From Azolla caroliniana (taxonomy: Eukaryota; Plantae; Polypodiophyta), in the NCBI GenBank assembly GCA_043228905.1, contig JBHGNT010000001.1, positions 6,758,001 to 6,822,000 on the forward strand: DNA of 64,000 bases. The letters are read 5' to 3'. The notes under the pieces were generated by a model, which was given only the letters and a program-made list of their open reading frames with translations, had not been told where the DNA came from and ran no database searches. Shown here piece after piece: positions 12,088-25,400 of the stretch (position 1 is its first letter; every line of letters begins with the position of its first letter). The translations under genes and the position numbers were made by a program.

Positions 12088-15000
12088 AGACCCACACACA
12101 TGAAGACTAGTCACATGGCCATATCTTAAAAAATTGACAACTACCCAAGGATGGCATGAGGGCAATATGAAAACTTGGCTTTGTAAGAACACACAAACCC
12201 AACTGAGGCAAAAAATTGTCAATCCTATCCCTCGGAGTGCCTACACACACATTGTGGCAAGTATCCAAAAATGTCACCGAATGTCAAGGATGGTTTGATA
12301 CCAAGTTTTGGCCCTCGACCTCATCACGAGCAACACTTTACACCAAGTAACTGATTATGGGCACCCAACCTTCATGAAACATTTATTAATGTTGAATCCA
12401 TTGTCCTACCACCCAACAACACCCTTGTTCTCTCACATGAACCAAATTGGTTGGTCATGCCCAAGGATTCCCTCGTCATATGTATATAGCATTTTCCTCC
12501 TTAGTACTAAGAACCATAGGCCACATTTGTAAATAACCCAAACAATAAGTAAAATAACCGATAGGCTATAAATAAAAATGAACTCTTCCCTTTTGCTTTC
12601 AATAAAGACACTCTAGTTTTTTGTAAAACATTATAAAAACAATTTTTCATAAAAAACCATCAAATAAAGAAAATGTGAACCCAATAAACCATCTCTAGAA
12701 GCACTTGAATATCTTCTAATGCATGATGGTATCACTCAACAAGAGACGAGTTCATATAAGATTATTTAGAGGAAGGAAAATTTCTACTAGCATTTATATT
12801 GAAAAAGAAGATGGGTTAGTTGTCACCCGAGAAAGAAAGCAACCATATGAGAATTTCACAAGTCCTGCTTGAGAAATAATTTTAAATGCATAAAATACTT
12901 TAGAATAGTGGAAGACTCTAGCTTCCCAAGTTTTCATTACTTCACTCAATGTCCTTCACTGACCTTGAAAGATATTGTTTTTCTCTCATGAATTGACCAC
13001 ATAACAAATACCATGTGGGAATTCAAAAAAGTTCAAGTTAGGGAAAACGTGTGAAATGCCTCTCGCTTATTTTCTTTATTTATGCAAATGCACTAATATG
13101 TCATTACTTGCCCAAATAGCATTGGTTCCTCGCCCCCCCTCCCCCCAAACAAGTAAAAGGTAGGGGGAAGTAACCTTTTTTGTTGTCAGATGGAAATCGA
13201 TATCGTAATGTACAAAGGAAATGAGAAATAAAATATCAAAAGACATGTGCTAGAATTCATTCATATGATTAGAAGAATTGAGCCCTAGAAATCACACAAC
13301 CTAGAAAACCACCAACCACCTATAGAAAACATAGAGAAACTTTTTAATAAAACTCAAATACCCTAGAACACATGTTCTATTCAATCGTAAGCCCTAGAAA
13401 ACCATATCATCTAGAAAAACAACCACCCTAAATAATGCATATGACGTTCAACCTAAGTACACATCAAACAATTCATAGAACTTAGAAAAACGCCCTATGT
13501 AATGTAGATTATATTCAAAACGTAGTATATATTAGAAAATACATGCATACATATATATACTCTGATGAGAACAAATATGCAAAATAGAATACTTATGTAT
13601 ATGCAAGTGCGTGTGTGTGTGTGCGCGATCCAAACAGTGTGGTGACCCAAAATGAGTGTGAAGAAGGATAGGACAAAAGATGTTGACTTAGAATAAATCC
13701 TGGATTTTGCAAGGTAGTTGTTAAGAGACAATAGTAGACAAATAATGATATAAAAAATACCCCTTTGTATCTTTAGACTCCAAGGGTAATATAAAAATTT
13801 TCCCCTAGTAATCAATTTTCAAATCATCAAATTTCTAGCACTCGTAGAAAAGCTCCACAACCTAGGGTTAGGAGGACTCACTTCTCTATCCACCCCCTAG
13901 ACTTTGGGAATATAGGTTTTGTGTTCAATCATCTATGATATTTAGGCCCTCCTTTTCATCGTCCCAATTCATCATAGATAAAAGTGATTCTATTACCATT
14001 AATGTATTGAAGCATCCTTCTTTTTCAAATACAACTACACTTCTTCCAAATACTTTCAATCTTCTATGTGCGCCAAGTTCCACTTATAAGAGTCCTTTGC
14101 CTCTAAAGTACCCCTAAGGTTCCATTTTTTAGACTTTCTAAAGGAGTGGTTACTAGGTTGTTTGAAGGGGATTACGAAAAGAAGTGAGAGACAAACTTTC
14201 TAAGGGAGTGATATCTCAACTATCAATTTTCTACAATATAGTCAAGCAATACTTATTGTTAAGTTTTGTGCTCCTCTAATTAGTTCTCCATTAATCTCTA
14301 TTTCGCTAATCACTCCATCCATGCTCTACAATCTACCCCCCTCCCCCTCCCAAGTTCAAAACCCTAGTGGCTCTACTTTGGCATGCACGTATCCACACTA
14401 TTTATGTGACAATAGGAGAAGCTAGGTAGATGACACGTGGAGCCGAGAGGAACGCTATCAATTATTAGAGGAAGATTAGATTTTTTAACCATCCATGAGG
14501 GAGGCCAAATTTAGCCCATGAGACCAAATCCACATATCACTTTGTATGTGAGTTCTTCCTAAGAAAAGGGATTACTACTTTGCAATAAAAACTTCGGAGT
14601 CAAACAAAATCCCTTGTTTTTTAATTGCAACATTAATGTGGTGTGTTACCTATCATGTTTACACTAACAATTAAGTTCTTTGCATGTTCGAGTATCATTC
14701 TAAGAATACATGTTAGATCATTATGTTGAGGCCACCATAGTCATGACGTGATGACATGTATGGTTAGGAAAAGGAAGTGGATATTGCCAACTTTCAAGTG
14801 AAACTAGAAAAGAAATAAGGATATTCTAGAAGTAAATAAAAGTATCAAGATTCAACACCAACAGAAAGATAAAAGTAAACGAAATGTACAAAAGGGAAAT
14901 CTAAGCATAGAAGAAAAATTAGATAATGGTATACAACGTACATCACTGTAGGTTTATTTGTGTGAGTTACAAGAAAAAGGTAATGATAGAATAATAATAA

Positions 15001-16008
15001 TGGAACGAAAGGGTAAGGATAGAAGCATAATTAGAGAACGGTATGCATCACTGCATAGTTGCTTTGTGCATGTTATCGAGTAAAGAAACAACGAGAATAA
15101 AAGTGTATTTTGAGAATGTAGCATCTCTAGGCTCATTTATGCAAGTTGTCCGAGGAATGAAAGATAAATTGTGTCACTGTGGAAAGAAACATCAAAATGA
15201 AAAGGATAAGCAAGGATTTATTGTTAAGAGAAAGGCATAATTTGAGAACATTTAGCATCACTCGGGATCATTTACCCAAGTTGTCGAGAATTGCAGGATT
15301 AAAGCAAGGCACCTTGGTTTGCATATGTTCTGCCCTTGAAACATGGAAGTGAAACTTACAAACGTTTTGTCTTTGAAATCCATACGGATGATCCACAAAT
15401 GCCACTAAAACTATTGTGAAAATTGTGCATCACTTCCATAATGGTCTCTAGATTAATTAACGAGCATTTACCTAACATAAGAAAGAACATAGATGTTATG
15501 AGACATTACCAAGTGTTCAAAATATCCAACCATACCCTTTTTTTTGTTTTCAAACTAAAGAACTATTTGTCTTCAGACTTCAACCAAAAAAGAAAAGAGT
15601 ACCATATAAATTTCACAAGGGTTTCAAAAGACAAAACCATATTTTACATTCAATCATATCTCCCTCTCTGAATAATATACATTCATCCTAGACTTCCTCC
15701 ATTGGATGCTGCCTTCTTGTAATCAATCCAATAATATACTCCCTGCTCATTTGATCGATGTTACTCGAAACATAGGACAAATTAAGACAACCTGATCTAA
15801 CTCAAACCTAGACAAGATTGGGTTTCAAACAAAGTGATAGAACAAACATAGGAAGAATTGAGACACTGTGATCTAACTAAAACCTAAGATGGATGGGGAA
15901 CCACAATTTGACCACATAACAAGATGTAGGTAGGACGGTCTAAAAATGCAGCATTCAGTCACACAACAACCATATTTGTGCAAAGTGACAAAATTGCGCG
16001 GGCCGGTT

Positions 16009-17211
16009 TCACACATGCATGGTACATGATGCTTGGATGATGCCGCTGAAGCCAAGAAGCTTTCGCCAGGAGCCGGAGGCCGGGACAAACAGCCAGACGG
16101 AAGCTCTGCGGTCGGCCGAGTGGCTCAACCCTGACACAAGGATGTCCCCGGATTTCCGGAGCACGGTGGCGCACCTCGCTTCCTTGAGCTCCCTAGGAAG
16201 CTCGGTAATCTCGAACCAACGACCTTGCTCCTCCTCCTCCTCCTCCAACTTCCAAAGCTTCCCGTCCACCACGGCATACAAGATCTCCTTGACCGACACC
16301 ACCGCGCTAGGGGCTCGCCCCGGCATCCAAAAGTTGTCCATGGCCTCCCATCTCCCCGTGGCCGGGTCCCACGTCTCCGCGCTTGTGGCGAACTGGCCCT
16401 GTAATTCGGTCGAGTACCCGCTTATCACGACCACCTTGCCTCCGGGGACAGTGACTGCCTTGCACTCGTCCCGCGCCTCCTTCATGTCCGGCAAAGGGTG
16501 CCAGCAATCGGCGGCCACGTCGTAGATGTCCGCGCTCCGGAGGGCGTTCTTGTCCGAGTCGTGCCCGCCCGCCACCACTATGTTCCCGGACGAAGAAGCG
16601 GCACAGCCGAAGAAGGAGCGGGGGCTGGGCATATCGGAGCCCCGCCTCCACGTCCGGGAGGAGAGGTCGTATATGTAGACGGTCCGTAGGACCGCCCAAG
16701 TCTCGGGGTCCAATCCGCCCATCACTACCATCTTGCCCCCGGCGCTCGTGCACTGGGAGAAGAGCGGGATCCCTTTCTGCTTCAAATCGGATGGTAGCTC
16801 ATGTGGGAGTTGGCTCCACGAAGATCCATCATAGACGCTAATTCCGTAGGTAGGCTTTTTCTCCAATTTTGGTGGCGGCACACATTGGCTCGCCTCCTCT
16901 ACAGTTGGAGATTGTGATGGTGATGGTGATGGTGATGGTGATGGTGATGGTGATGGAGATGGAGATGGAGATGGAGATGGATCAAGATCCTCGACTGGTG
17001 GCACCGCTGCCTGCACAAAGCACGCATAGTCATCCGCGTACCCTAATTTGACCCTCGATTCACCGAAGGAGTCGCTCTCCACCACAGCTTTCCATGAGGT
17101 GCATACTCGGCGGAGATCTGAGTGAGAACCGGCAGGCACACGGTAGAGACAGTCGAGCGCCACATCATCAGGCAATGGCGGAATCATGGGTTGGGAATAG
17201 ACCAGAGACAT
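16009..17211 (-). CDS. F-box/kelch-repeat protein (KMD/KFB20/SKIP20-like clade), intronless
   Basis: F-box (MIPPLPDDVALDCLYRVP..LRRVCTSWK) and kelch repeats (MPSPRSFFGC, IVVAGGHDSDKNALRSA, PLPDMKEARDECKA, VISGYSTELQGQF..SAE.WDP). First ATG at 17211. A (Ser-Pro)n insert lies between the F-box and the kelch domain. Confidence 0.95.
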   Translation of the reverse strand: MSLVYSQPMIPPLPDDVALDCLYRVPAGSHSDLRRVCTSWKAVVESDSFGESRVKLGYADDYACFVQAAVPPVEDLDPSPSPSPSPSPSPSPSPSPSPSQSPTVEEASQCVPPPKLEKKPTYGISVYDGSSWSQLPHELPSDLKQKGIPLFSQCTSAGGKMVVMGGLDPETWAVLRTVYIYDLSSRTWRRGSDMPSPRSFFGCAASSSGNIVVAGGHDSDKNALRSADIYDVAADCWHPLPDMKEARDECKAVTVPGGKVVVISGYSTELQGQFATSAETWDPATGRWEAMDNFWMPGRAPSAVVSVKEILYAVVDGKLWKLEEEEEEQGRWFEITELPRELKEARCATVLRKSGDILVSGLSHSADRRASVWLFVPASGSWRKLLGFSGIIQASCTMHV

Positions 17212-17261
17212 CGGGTGGGGAGGGGCCGCAGACCGAATGGGGCTCTCAAACGCAAATAATT

Positions 17262-17470
17262 CAGTAACTATGGTTTGAAACAGGAATTTTGATCGGGAAG
17301 ATTCCGTTTTCCTACTTACAATCAAGATCAAGTTCAGTTATTGTTTGAAACATGAATTGATCGGGAAGATTTCGTTTTCCTTCTTCACGATCAAGATCAA
17401 AGTAAAGTTATTGTTTGAATCAGGAATTGATCGGGAAGATTTCGGTTTCCTTTCTTACAATCAAGATCGA
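17262..17470. repeat. Tandem repeat, 3 copies of about 69-70 bp in the 5' leader/promoter of the F-box gene
   Basis: TTTGAA.CA.GAATT(TT)GATCGGGAAGATT.CG.TTTCCT...CA..ATCAAGATC at about 17275, 17344 and 17414. Confidence 0.85.
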
Positions 17471-20400
17471 TAACAATGGTGGGGGAGGAATGGTTTTAGG
17501 ATTATGAGAGGATTATGAGAGGAATGGTTTTAGGATTAAGATAAAAAAGAAGAAGAAGAAGGAATAATCAGTAGGAGGAACTTTTGGCTATGGCGGATAA
17601 ATTAGATTAGATGGAAATAAGATACAACCAGAAAAACAAGAACAGAATTCAAGAAGAACAACAAACAAAGAAAAAAATAAAACCACGAAAGAGATGAGAG
17701 AAGGGGGTAGCTAAAAATAGAAAAGGTTTCCAATCTTCTTCTGCTTCTTCTTCTTATTCTTCTTCTTCAGAAAGATTGAAATATTTTAATTTGTTCATAG
17801 ACTAGTTGTTATGTATTGGTTTTCTTTTTGTTGTTTTCAAAAATATAAAAATGTATTGGTGTTTATCCAATTGGAATTTAATCTAGGCCAAAAGGAACAA
17901 GTAATAGACTAGGATGGGGGGCGGGACCCATCAAGTTGGGCGGGCAGGCCATTTGAGCCACTCATAACCCCACGTGTTCCCGAACTCGACATCTTATTTC
18001 ATGTCATCCCAGCCCCACCACGTTCACATCCGTATTATCCATGCGCCCCGGTCCCCATCCCCAACTTCCTACAACTCTAACCTAACCCATCTCTTTGGTC
18101 TCACCCCAGATCTTCCTTTTCCGCCCATAGTAAGCTTTTCTTTTTAGTCACTGTCACTCAGAGAAAAGAAAAGTCATTTCTCACATGCATGATTTTGTTT
18201 GGATGTCGGCCTTCAACACACCTGGCTTGCAGAATGAGACAAGTCGATTACTTGATGAAGCGCCCAACCTTTTCTTTTTTTTGTTTTAAAAAACTAACAT
18301 TTAGATAGGTTAGGTGTGTTCCAACTAGAAATTAGATATAAGCCGTATTGCTTGACATTAAGTCCAATTAAATTGCGGGATGGGTTCAGAATTTATTGAT
18401 TCAATATATAATTCAACTAATGTGTGTAAGCACCCTATATATTTTCTTGATCAAGTTTCCGATTAACTCCATCGTATAAATGGTTTAAAAAATATCTCGA
18501 TTGAATTTGTATTTCAACTAAATTGTCACATCTTCTATCAAGGAAAAGACCAACATGTTCATTTGCATATGTGCATATTTAGAACCTATTAAGAAAGCAA
18601 CTTGCATAATCTTTGGAATTGCTTCACACTGAAGACCAATCCATATAAAGACTGGCATGATCATACTTATGATCAATCACGAAGATTGTCTAGGTAGTAC
18701 TATATTTTGGATTATAGTAACCAGACATGTTCATTCTATCATATTGAGTATGAAAGAGTTTATTAAAGAAGTCTAGGTATATTTACATAATTGCATTGTA
18801 TGCTCCTCTATTATTTTATCGAGCATTATGAAATTTGGATTATATCAATCATACACAGTCATTGGATATTTGTTGGATCATGTTGAGTGTGGCTTTATGT
18901 GTCTTGTGCCCGACATTGAAAAGCAGGCAATTTCCAAGGTAATATTTTCAATGCTTGTCACACATGTGCATGATTGCAAGCCTTATATATACATATTACG
19001 TGGTTTGTACGTAGTTTCCTATATGTTTCCATGAGGTTAAACAACAAAATAGAAAGTAGTTTGTGAAGGGTTATTTACATGAGAGTTGGCCGTGCTATAT
19101 TTAAATAACATATCACAATTATGAATATGAGTGGGTCAACAAATAAAGTTATTAAAAGGGTGTAAAGCTTATTATGTTATAATTTTCAATGTTGCCTTTC
19201 TCATAGAAGAAACCCATCCAATAAGCAAGGAGCAATTGGCATTCAATCTTGAATCTCCGAGCTTTACGGGTATTCTCTCATTTAAGAATAATTTCAGACC
19301 ATGAAGAACAACGCTACTTTCTTTCTTTTCTTGTTTCGAGTTTTACAAATGAGCTTATGATTCAAACTTCTACATGAAATATTGGATTTACAATTGCAAG
19401 TTTAGGTTGTTAAGGTGACATGTCACGCATGATCCATGGTGGCTTTTCTCTCTACACAATGTCAAACCTAATAATTAATTACAAAATCGTGTTTAGACTT
19501 TCCCCTTGCCCTCCCTCATTCATGCAATTATTTTAATATCATTCACCTGAGGACTAGCAATTTTATGGCCAAAACTATCACGATGAGTGTTGCAAGAGAG
19601 AATGTGAAGAGTGATCTATTGTTGAAAGAACAAACATAAAAAAAACTCGATTCCACATTTTGTTGAAATTACTTATGGGGGTTTAACTTGGAAATCTCAA
19701 AACTTTAGAGTTACTGTATACATCTCATTTCAAACTTCAAAAAGGTGATATTGTGGCTAAGAATTACAATCAAATTGGGATTTTTTGAGCAATTTCTTGA
19801 CAATTGGGAATGAGTTACAATCACAAACTTACAACAGTCTACTAAGAAATTTAGAAGGAGGCCGTTCGAACGACGAAACGAACAAGGCGTGCGTCGTCCA
19901 CAGTGGCCCTCCACCAACGACCAAAGTTCCTTGCTAAGAATAAGGACAAATTATCACCTTCTTATCTACTAACTACTTAACTTACGCGACGAATAAAGTT
20001 GTGATATATGTATGATGTAAATATAGATAAACATAAGTTTTTTTTCTTTTTTTGTTGGGGGGCGGCGAGCCATTTGTATTAAAATATGCAAATTATATTA
20101 ACATTTTATTATCAACAAAGTTGACTTTACTTTTTAAGCTTTGTTTTTTTAAATAAAATGATTAATATACATATTAGATAGGTCCAATAGGTAGCCAAGT
20201 CTTCAACGAAAACATATATATACATTATCTTTGACAAATTGATTATGATCATTTGTTCATGAGAGAAATTTCTAAATTGCAATGTTAACACTAGAATTTG
20301 TTTTCACATTAGATACATAGTCGAGGTTCTAGGTTGTGTGATTCTATTAATGATTCAATATTGATGTTTGGTTATGACTCAAACATCTCACACAATTTGT

Positions 20401-22438
20401 TTTGATATGTATATGTTATGTCATAAACATGACAAACATGAATCATGTTCATTTACTAAATGACACATATTTCTCTTTGGCCCACAATTTGCATAAAATT
20501 TTAAATATTCTTAGCTTCATCTTCGAAGCAAAACATCTTTTTATTAGGATTAAGAAAAAGTAATGTATGTGAATGAATTGAAATAAAAAAGAACTTAAGT
20601 CATGGTATCTTTCTAGCTTTACAACTAATTAGAGCGTCTTCGGTGATCGAGCTCCATAATGGCTATAAACATTTGTGCAAATTATCAATGTTATGATTCC
20701 TTTTTAATATTAGTATTGCGTAAGGGAAGCTATTGTTTTCAATCATTGGATTGTGAAAAAGTTGTTAAACTGAATTTGTAAAGCCATTCCTATTCTTTTA
20801 GTAGAAACTATAATTTTAAAAGCTTGCATACTATGTATGTGGAAAATACATTTCATACATGCCTATAAGGCATTACATGCTCTTACATGATGTGACGGTT
20901 TTGTTCATCATCCTTCAATGCCCTTGTTTACAAATGTGAAATTGATGCTATTAAAAAACATAAATCCATAAGGTTTTGAATAAGATAAAACAATTACGGA
21001 CTCATGCAAACATATGAAATATACAACAACCATTAGAAAACCACGACGACTAAAAACACTAGTGGATAACCTATACAAAAACAAATTTTAGAGTGTTTTT
21101 GCATAAAAGAAAAGCAACTCAAAGAGGAGATATAGGGTTATAGAACCAAATTCTTTATAGAGGTATCTCCCTCCAATCCTTATATCTCGTGAAGAGATGC
21201 CATCACTAATTCATTACATCTAACCTAACACTAGAGTTTGTTACAAATTAGTAAAAGAGCTAAGATTTGTCAACATAAGTAAGAACGTTAGTTATCATTT
21301 AGATTGAAATAATTGTTGAGGATCCAATGCTAGGACAACTTAATATTTCTCCATCAATAGGGCTCTTAAATGTATGAGTATTTTTCTAGCTCAAAATAAT
21401 CATAAAAATCTCAAAACTACTTCTCAATGTCCAATGTCTCATTGCTCAACTATCACATACCTCATAACATCACCTAACAGCTCTGATAGATGTTTTGCTC
21501 CTAATTTCTTAAACCATTTCATAATGTCAAGCATCCAACCACCTCAAAGCTTTTTTTGTACCTTGCATCCTATGTTCCAAGCTTGTTTAGGAAATCTATG
21601 GTTAGGCATATTCTTGACTTTCGCGTATTCTTTGCATGGGTAGTACCTATGTCGATTGGGCACCAATTTCTAGTAGCAAGATAAGATAGGATATTGTGGA
21701 GATGGGTGTAAGGAGTTTACAAGAGTTTTAGCAAAACAATGGATTTTTCTTGTTGGACAGAGAGAGAGAGAGAGAGAGAGAAAGAATACTACCATTTCAC
21801 CAAAAAAGAGAGAGTACAGCTTTAGTCCAAAAGTTTGTTGTTGGGGATAAACTTCACAAGGTGGTCCATCCCAATAGTCAATAGACAAGCGCATAACAAA
21901 ATGGTTTCCACATTTGTTCTAGTCATCTTGAGAACCTAAGTTGTTTGGACAAGGATCTAGCCAATTTTAACCAACCTCAATGCAGCACAATCTTACTAGA
22001 CTTCCAACCATTTTACAAAACCAGCCTAATCTCCATTCCTGTGTACAAAAGAATTGTTCCTTTGTACCAGCAAATAAAGACAACCCTAGCATGCAGATCT
22101 ATGTAAGTGGATTGGTCAGTTGTAAAACCTAATTTGTCTCAAATATGATTATACAATCAAAATAACAATGTCATTTTGAACTTAGAAGACTGCAAAGCAA
22201 CACCCGCTGAGTAAAGTCGTATTACCAAATATAGGGAATAAACGTTGACAGTTACACTGACACAGATCAACAATGCTCTTTAAGAAATCTTGCACAAGGG
22301 CCTAAAATTCTATGAAGAGTAATTTATACTCAAATCAAATGTATTTTCTTATATACTAGGAAGGAAAGCCGGGAGTAAAACTCCAATCATTTGCATCATC
22401 AGGATAAATTTTATACAAGAAAATGGCTCTTCTTCATT

Positions 22439-25400
22439 TCATCCTTTCAATATTCTGGTTAATAGACTATCAACACTTGTAAATTTATTATTAGTTTTGA
22501 TCTCCTTAGGCTTCAGAAATTTGTCTAATAATAACGATGATGACATGGACACATCCAAAACAGATACCTTAGATCCTATACATTCTCTACTCTCTTCATT
22601 CTTCTTGTCTTCAGTTGATGAACCAAATTGAGAAATGGGAGAGGATTTCAATCCCAACAGCATCTCATTATTTCTCGATGTTGATTGTAATGTCTCCATA
22701 GTTCTCGCTTTAGGAGCTCTTAACAAGGGAATTCCAAATGAATCTTGTGTTGCTGGTGGGGCTTGGGATGAGGGATTATACATCATAGATTCCTCACCTA
22801 TAGTGGTAAACTTTCTCTTGGAAATGTGTTGATTCGCCTCTAATGATGCTTGCAATATCTCCATAGCTTTTTCTTTCCTATCATTGATCAGAGCCATTGC
22901 ACTAGAATCACTATCATTGTATCCAATACCTTTATCATCACCAACTGAATAATTGATTTCGGGGAAGTATCCATCATCCTTGGTAGCTTCAACATCATAG
23001 ATGTCAGCAAACCAGTCATTCTTCTCCTCCGGTATGTATTTTGATGGGAAATCAGGAGAAAAACTCAGTGTATCCATCCCTGAGTTGGCATCTATGGCAA
23101 CTTTACAATCACCGGCTGCTAATTTTTCATGGCGAAGTCGATCCTTCTCCAGGGTCTTGAGAAGTTCTTGTCTTTCATCTTCGGTTATTGGCTGCAAAAT
23201 AGATCATATAGGAAAAAATTAACTACAATTATATAAAGAATTTTTTTGAAAATAAACCAGAAGAATGAACTAGACAAAACATATAGGAAAAAAACTCCCT
23301 ACTACACCTAACATTTTCTTTACTAGCCAGACTGCCCTTAAATTTTCATTATTTGCCCAAATAGCCCTGCTAAGCCCCCCCAAAGGATTTACGGGGATAA
23401 ATTGAACATATAATTGCTAAAATAGTATATATGGGGATGAATTGATCATGTAGTTGCTCAAAATGTACATATATTACTGAAGACAGGCGAGAGAGGGCAT
23501 TTGGGGAAATAATGAGAAATCAGTAATGTTAGGAAAATAACGAAAGAATCCCACAACAACGAGCTTTCCAAAGCAATAACTTGAAATATCATAATTTTTT
23601 TTAATAGTTGTACCTCGTGAGAAAATCGGCATGATTCCATATCCAAACAGTGTCCTCGAGTATGAAAGAACTTGCAAGGAAAGGTTGATAATGCATGTGA
23701 AAATAGACAGTCCTCTCCTTTCAGACAGCAATTGTTTTTAAAGTACTTGCACATCTGACCATCCATGACTTAAATTAGCAATTTATGTCTAATCCATAAC
23801 ACTTCATTTGATAATGAAAATCATGCCTCACCTTAGATTTTGATTCAGGCACAACATTGTGTGAGAAAGAACAATCCACACCCTGTTGATAAACAATAAC
23901 ACATCAAACTACTTTAACTTCTTGTCCATATAAATCTATAAAATATACTGAAATTCAGGGGTACATAGGAGATATTTCACACACCTTGTTGCATTTTCCT
24001 TTTATATAAAACTGGCAGAACTTGATTTCTCTTTCCTTCTTAATGGCATGTAGGGGGTGAGGGGGAGGTTTAAAACTGACTTTCCGAATGCCTAGTGCCG
24101 CTTGTTTTTTTTCTTGTTTTTGTGCATTTCTTCTATGCTTTGCTCTCTGCATTAAAAAATGAAATTTAAACAAACATATTCTTTTTCAAATTTTTGTAGA
24201 AAAATGAACCATAAGTATTGATTGCTTACCTGTTTCTTTTGCCTCCTTTCAGCAGAGATTTTTTTTTTCGGCTTCTTTCTAACTTCCTCCTGTACAAATA
24301 TGACGAGGATTCATCTTAATATGACATCCAAATTAAGCTAGGGTTTCTTAACTATGTCTAATTAGGTTTCTCCTTCAACTTTCCCAAAATAAGTAGTCTT
24401 TAATTGTACCAAATTGGGAAAAACTTTAACATGTCAAACCTGACCTAAGATTTTAACTAGTGCAAAGTTAATTAAATAACTTTTTGTATTATGCTAGCAT
24501 CATTACATAAGTTTTAATTTGATCATGTTAAGAACAATGTAAGCTTTAACTATGCCAATATGTTTTTAAAAAAATCCACGACCAATATTACTAATGGAAT
24601 ACATGTAATCATTCTTTTTGTTATGAAAATCGATACATGCATGACCTATAAAACATAGAGCTCACTGATCTGATAAACCTGTGTTTGACAACCATATAAA
24701 TGCACATACAGGAGGGAAAGATCATTGGAATCAGAAGTATATGTTCATAAAATGAATTGCAACATTTATATCAAGGAAGGGGTATAAAATCATATTGATA
24801 TGATGATGATGGTCTCATCAGAACAATCTCGAATTTCATGTTTCATGGGCTCAATATGTAGGCATAATGGACCCATGGAGAATTGTATTAAAAGCACATC
24901 AAAGATAAAGCATGATGTCCAAAGACATGCTCCATGTAGAGCAGTCCATGGTGAAAGCATGGAACCGTGTTAACCCATCACCATGATCCATGACATTACA
25001 TACAAGGCATATGAAAGCATGAAATAATGCGATAGATTTCATTTTTTTTCCAAATGCCAATAAAATTAAATTAGAACAACAAAGAATAGTAGCCAACATT
25101 AGAAAATTTCTCAACGTTAAAAAAGTAAACTATGTCATGCACAAGTATAAGTTTGAAACCGTCAATACAAATAACACTAAAATAGTCGGACCATAATAAT
25201 CTTTTATTTAGTAACCTCGATAGAAAAAATTTGATCATCTCCAGCATCAGTGGTCCAGAGACCAACTTCTTCTTCAATCGCCTTTGATAAAAGGCCCTTC
25301 ACGCTCTGTTCAACACAAAATAAAGAAAAATATTACCACCATGATGTGTCTCAATCACGAAGTTTCTCCATTATGGGATGGCATTTTTTTCTAGTCTTTA

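Noticed and set aside
11276-12101. Three similar short minus-strand ORFs (MRKLTMNT.., PTGY.YQGVVLREG..)
   Set aside because: They are antisense translations of the duplicated solo LTR, not a gene family.
11266-12102. Possible 8-bp TSD CACACATG implying a hAT element
   Set aside because: No TIRs lie inside it. The AGACC TSD with TG..CA ends explains the insert better.
17212-17331. 40-aa N-terminal extension of the F-box ORF in the ORF track
   Set aside because: It begins at a TTG inside the 70-bp tandem repeat. The ATG at 17211 sits right before the F-box.
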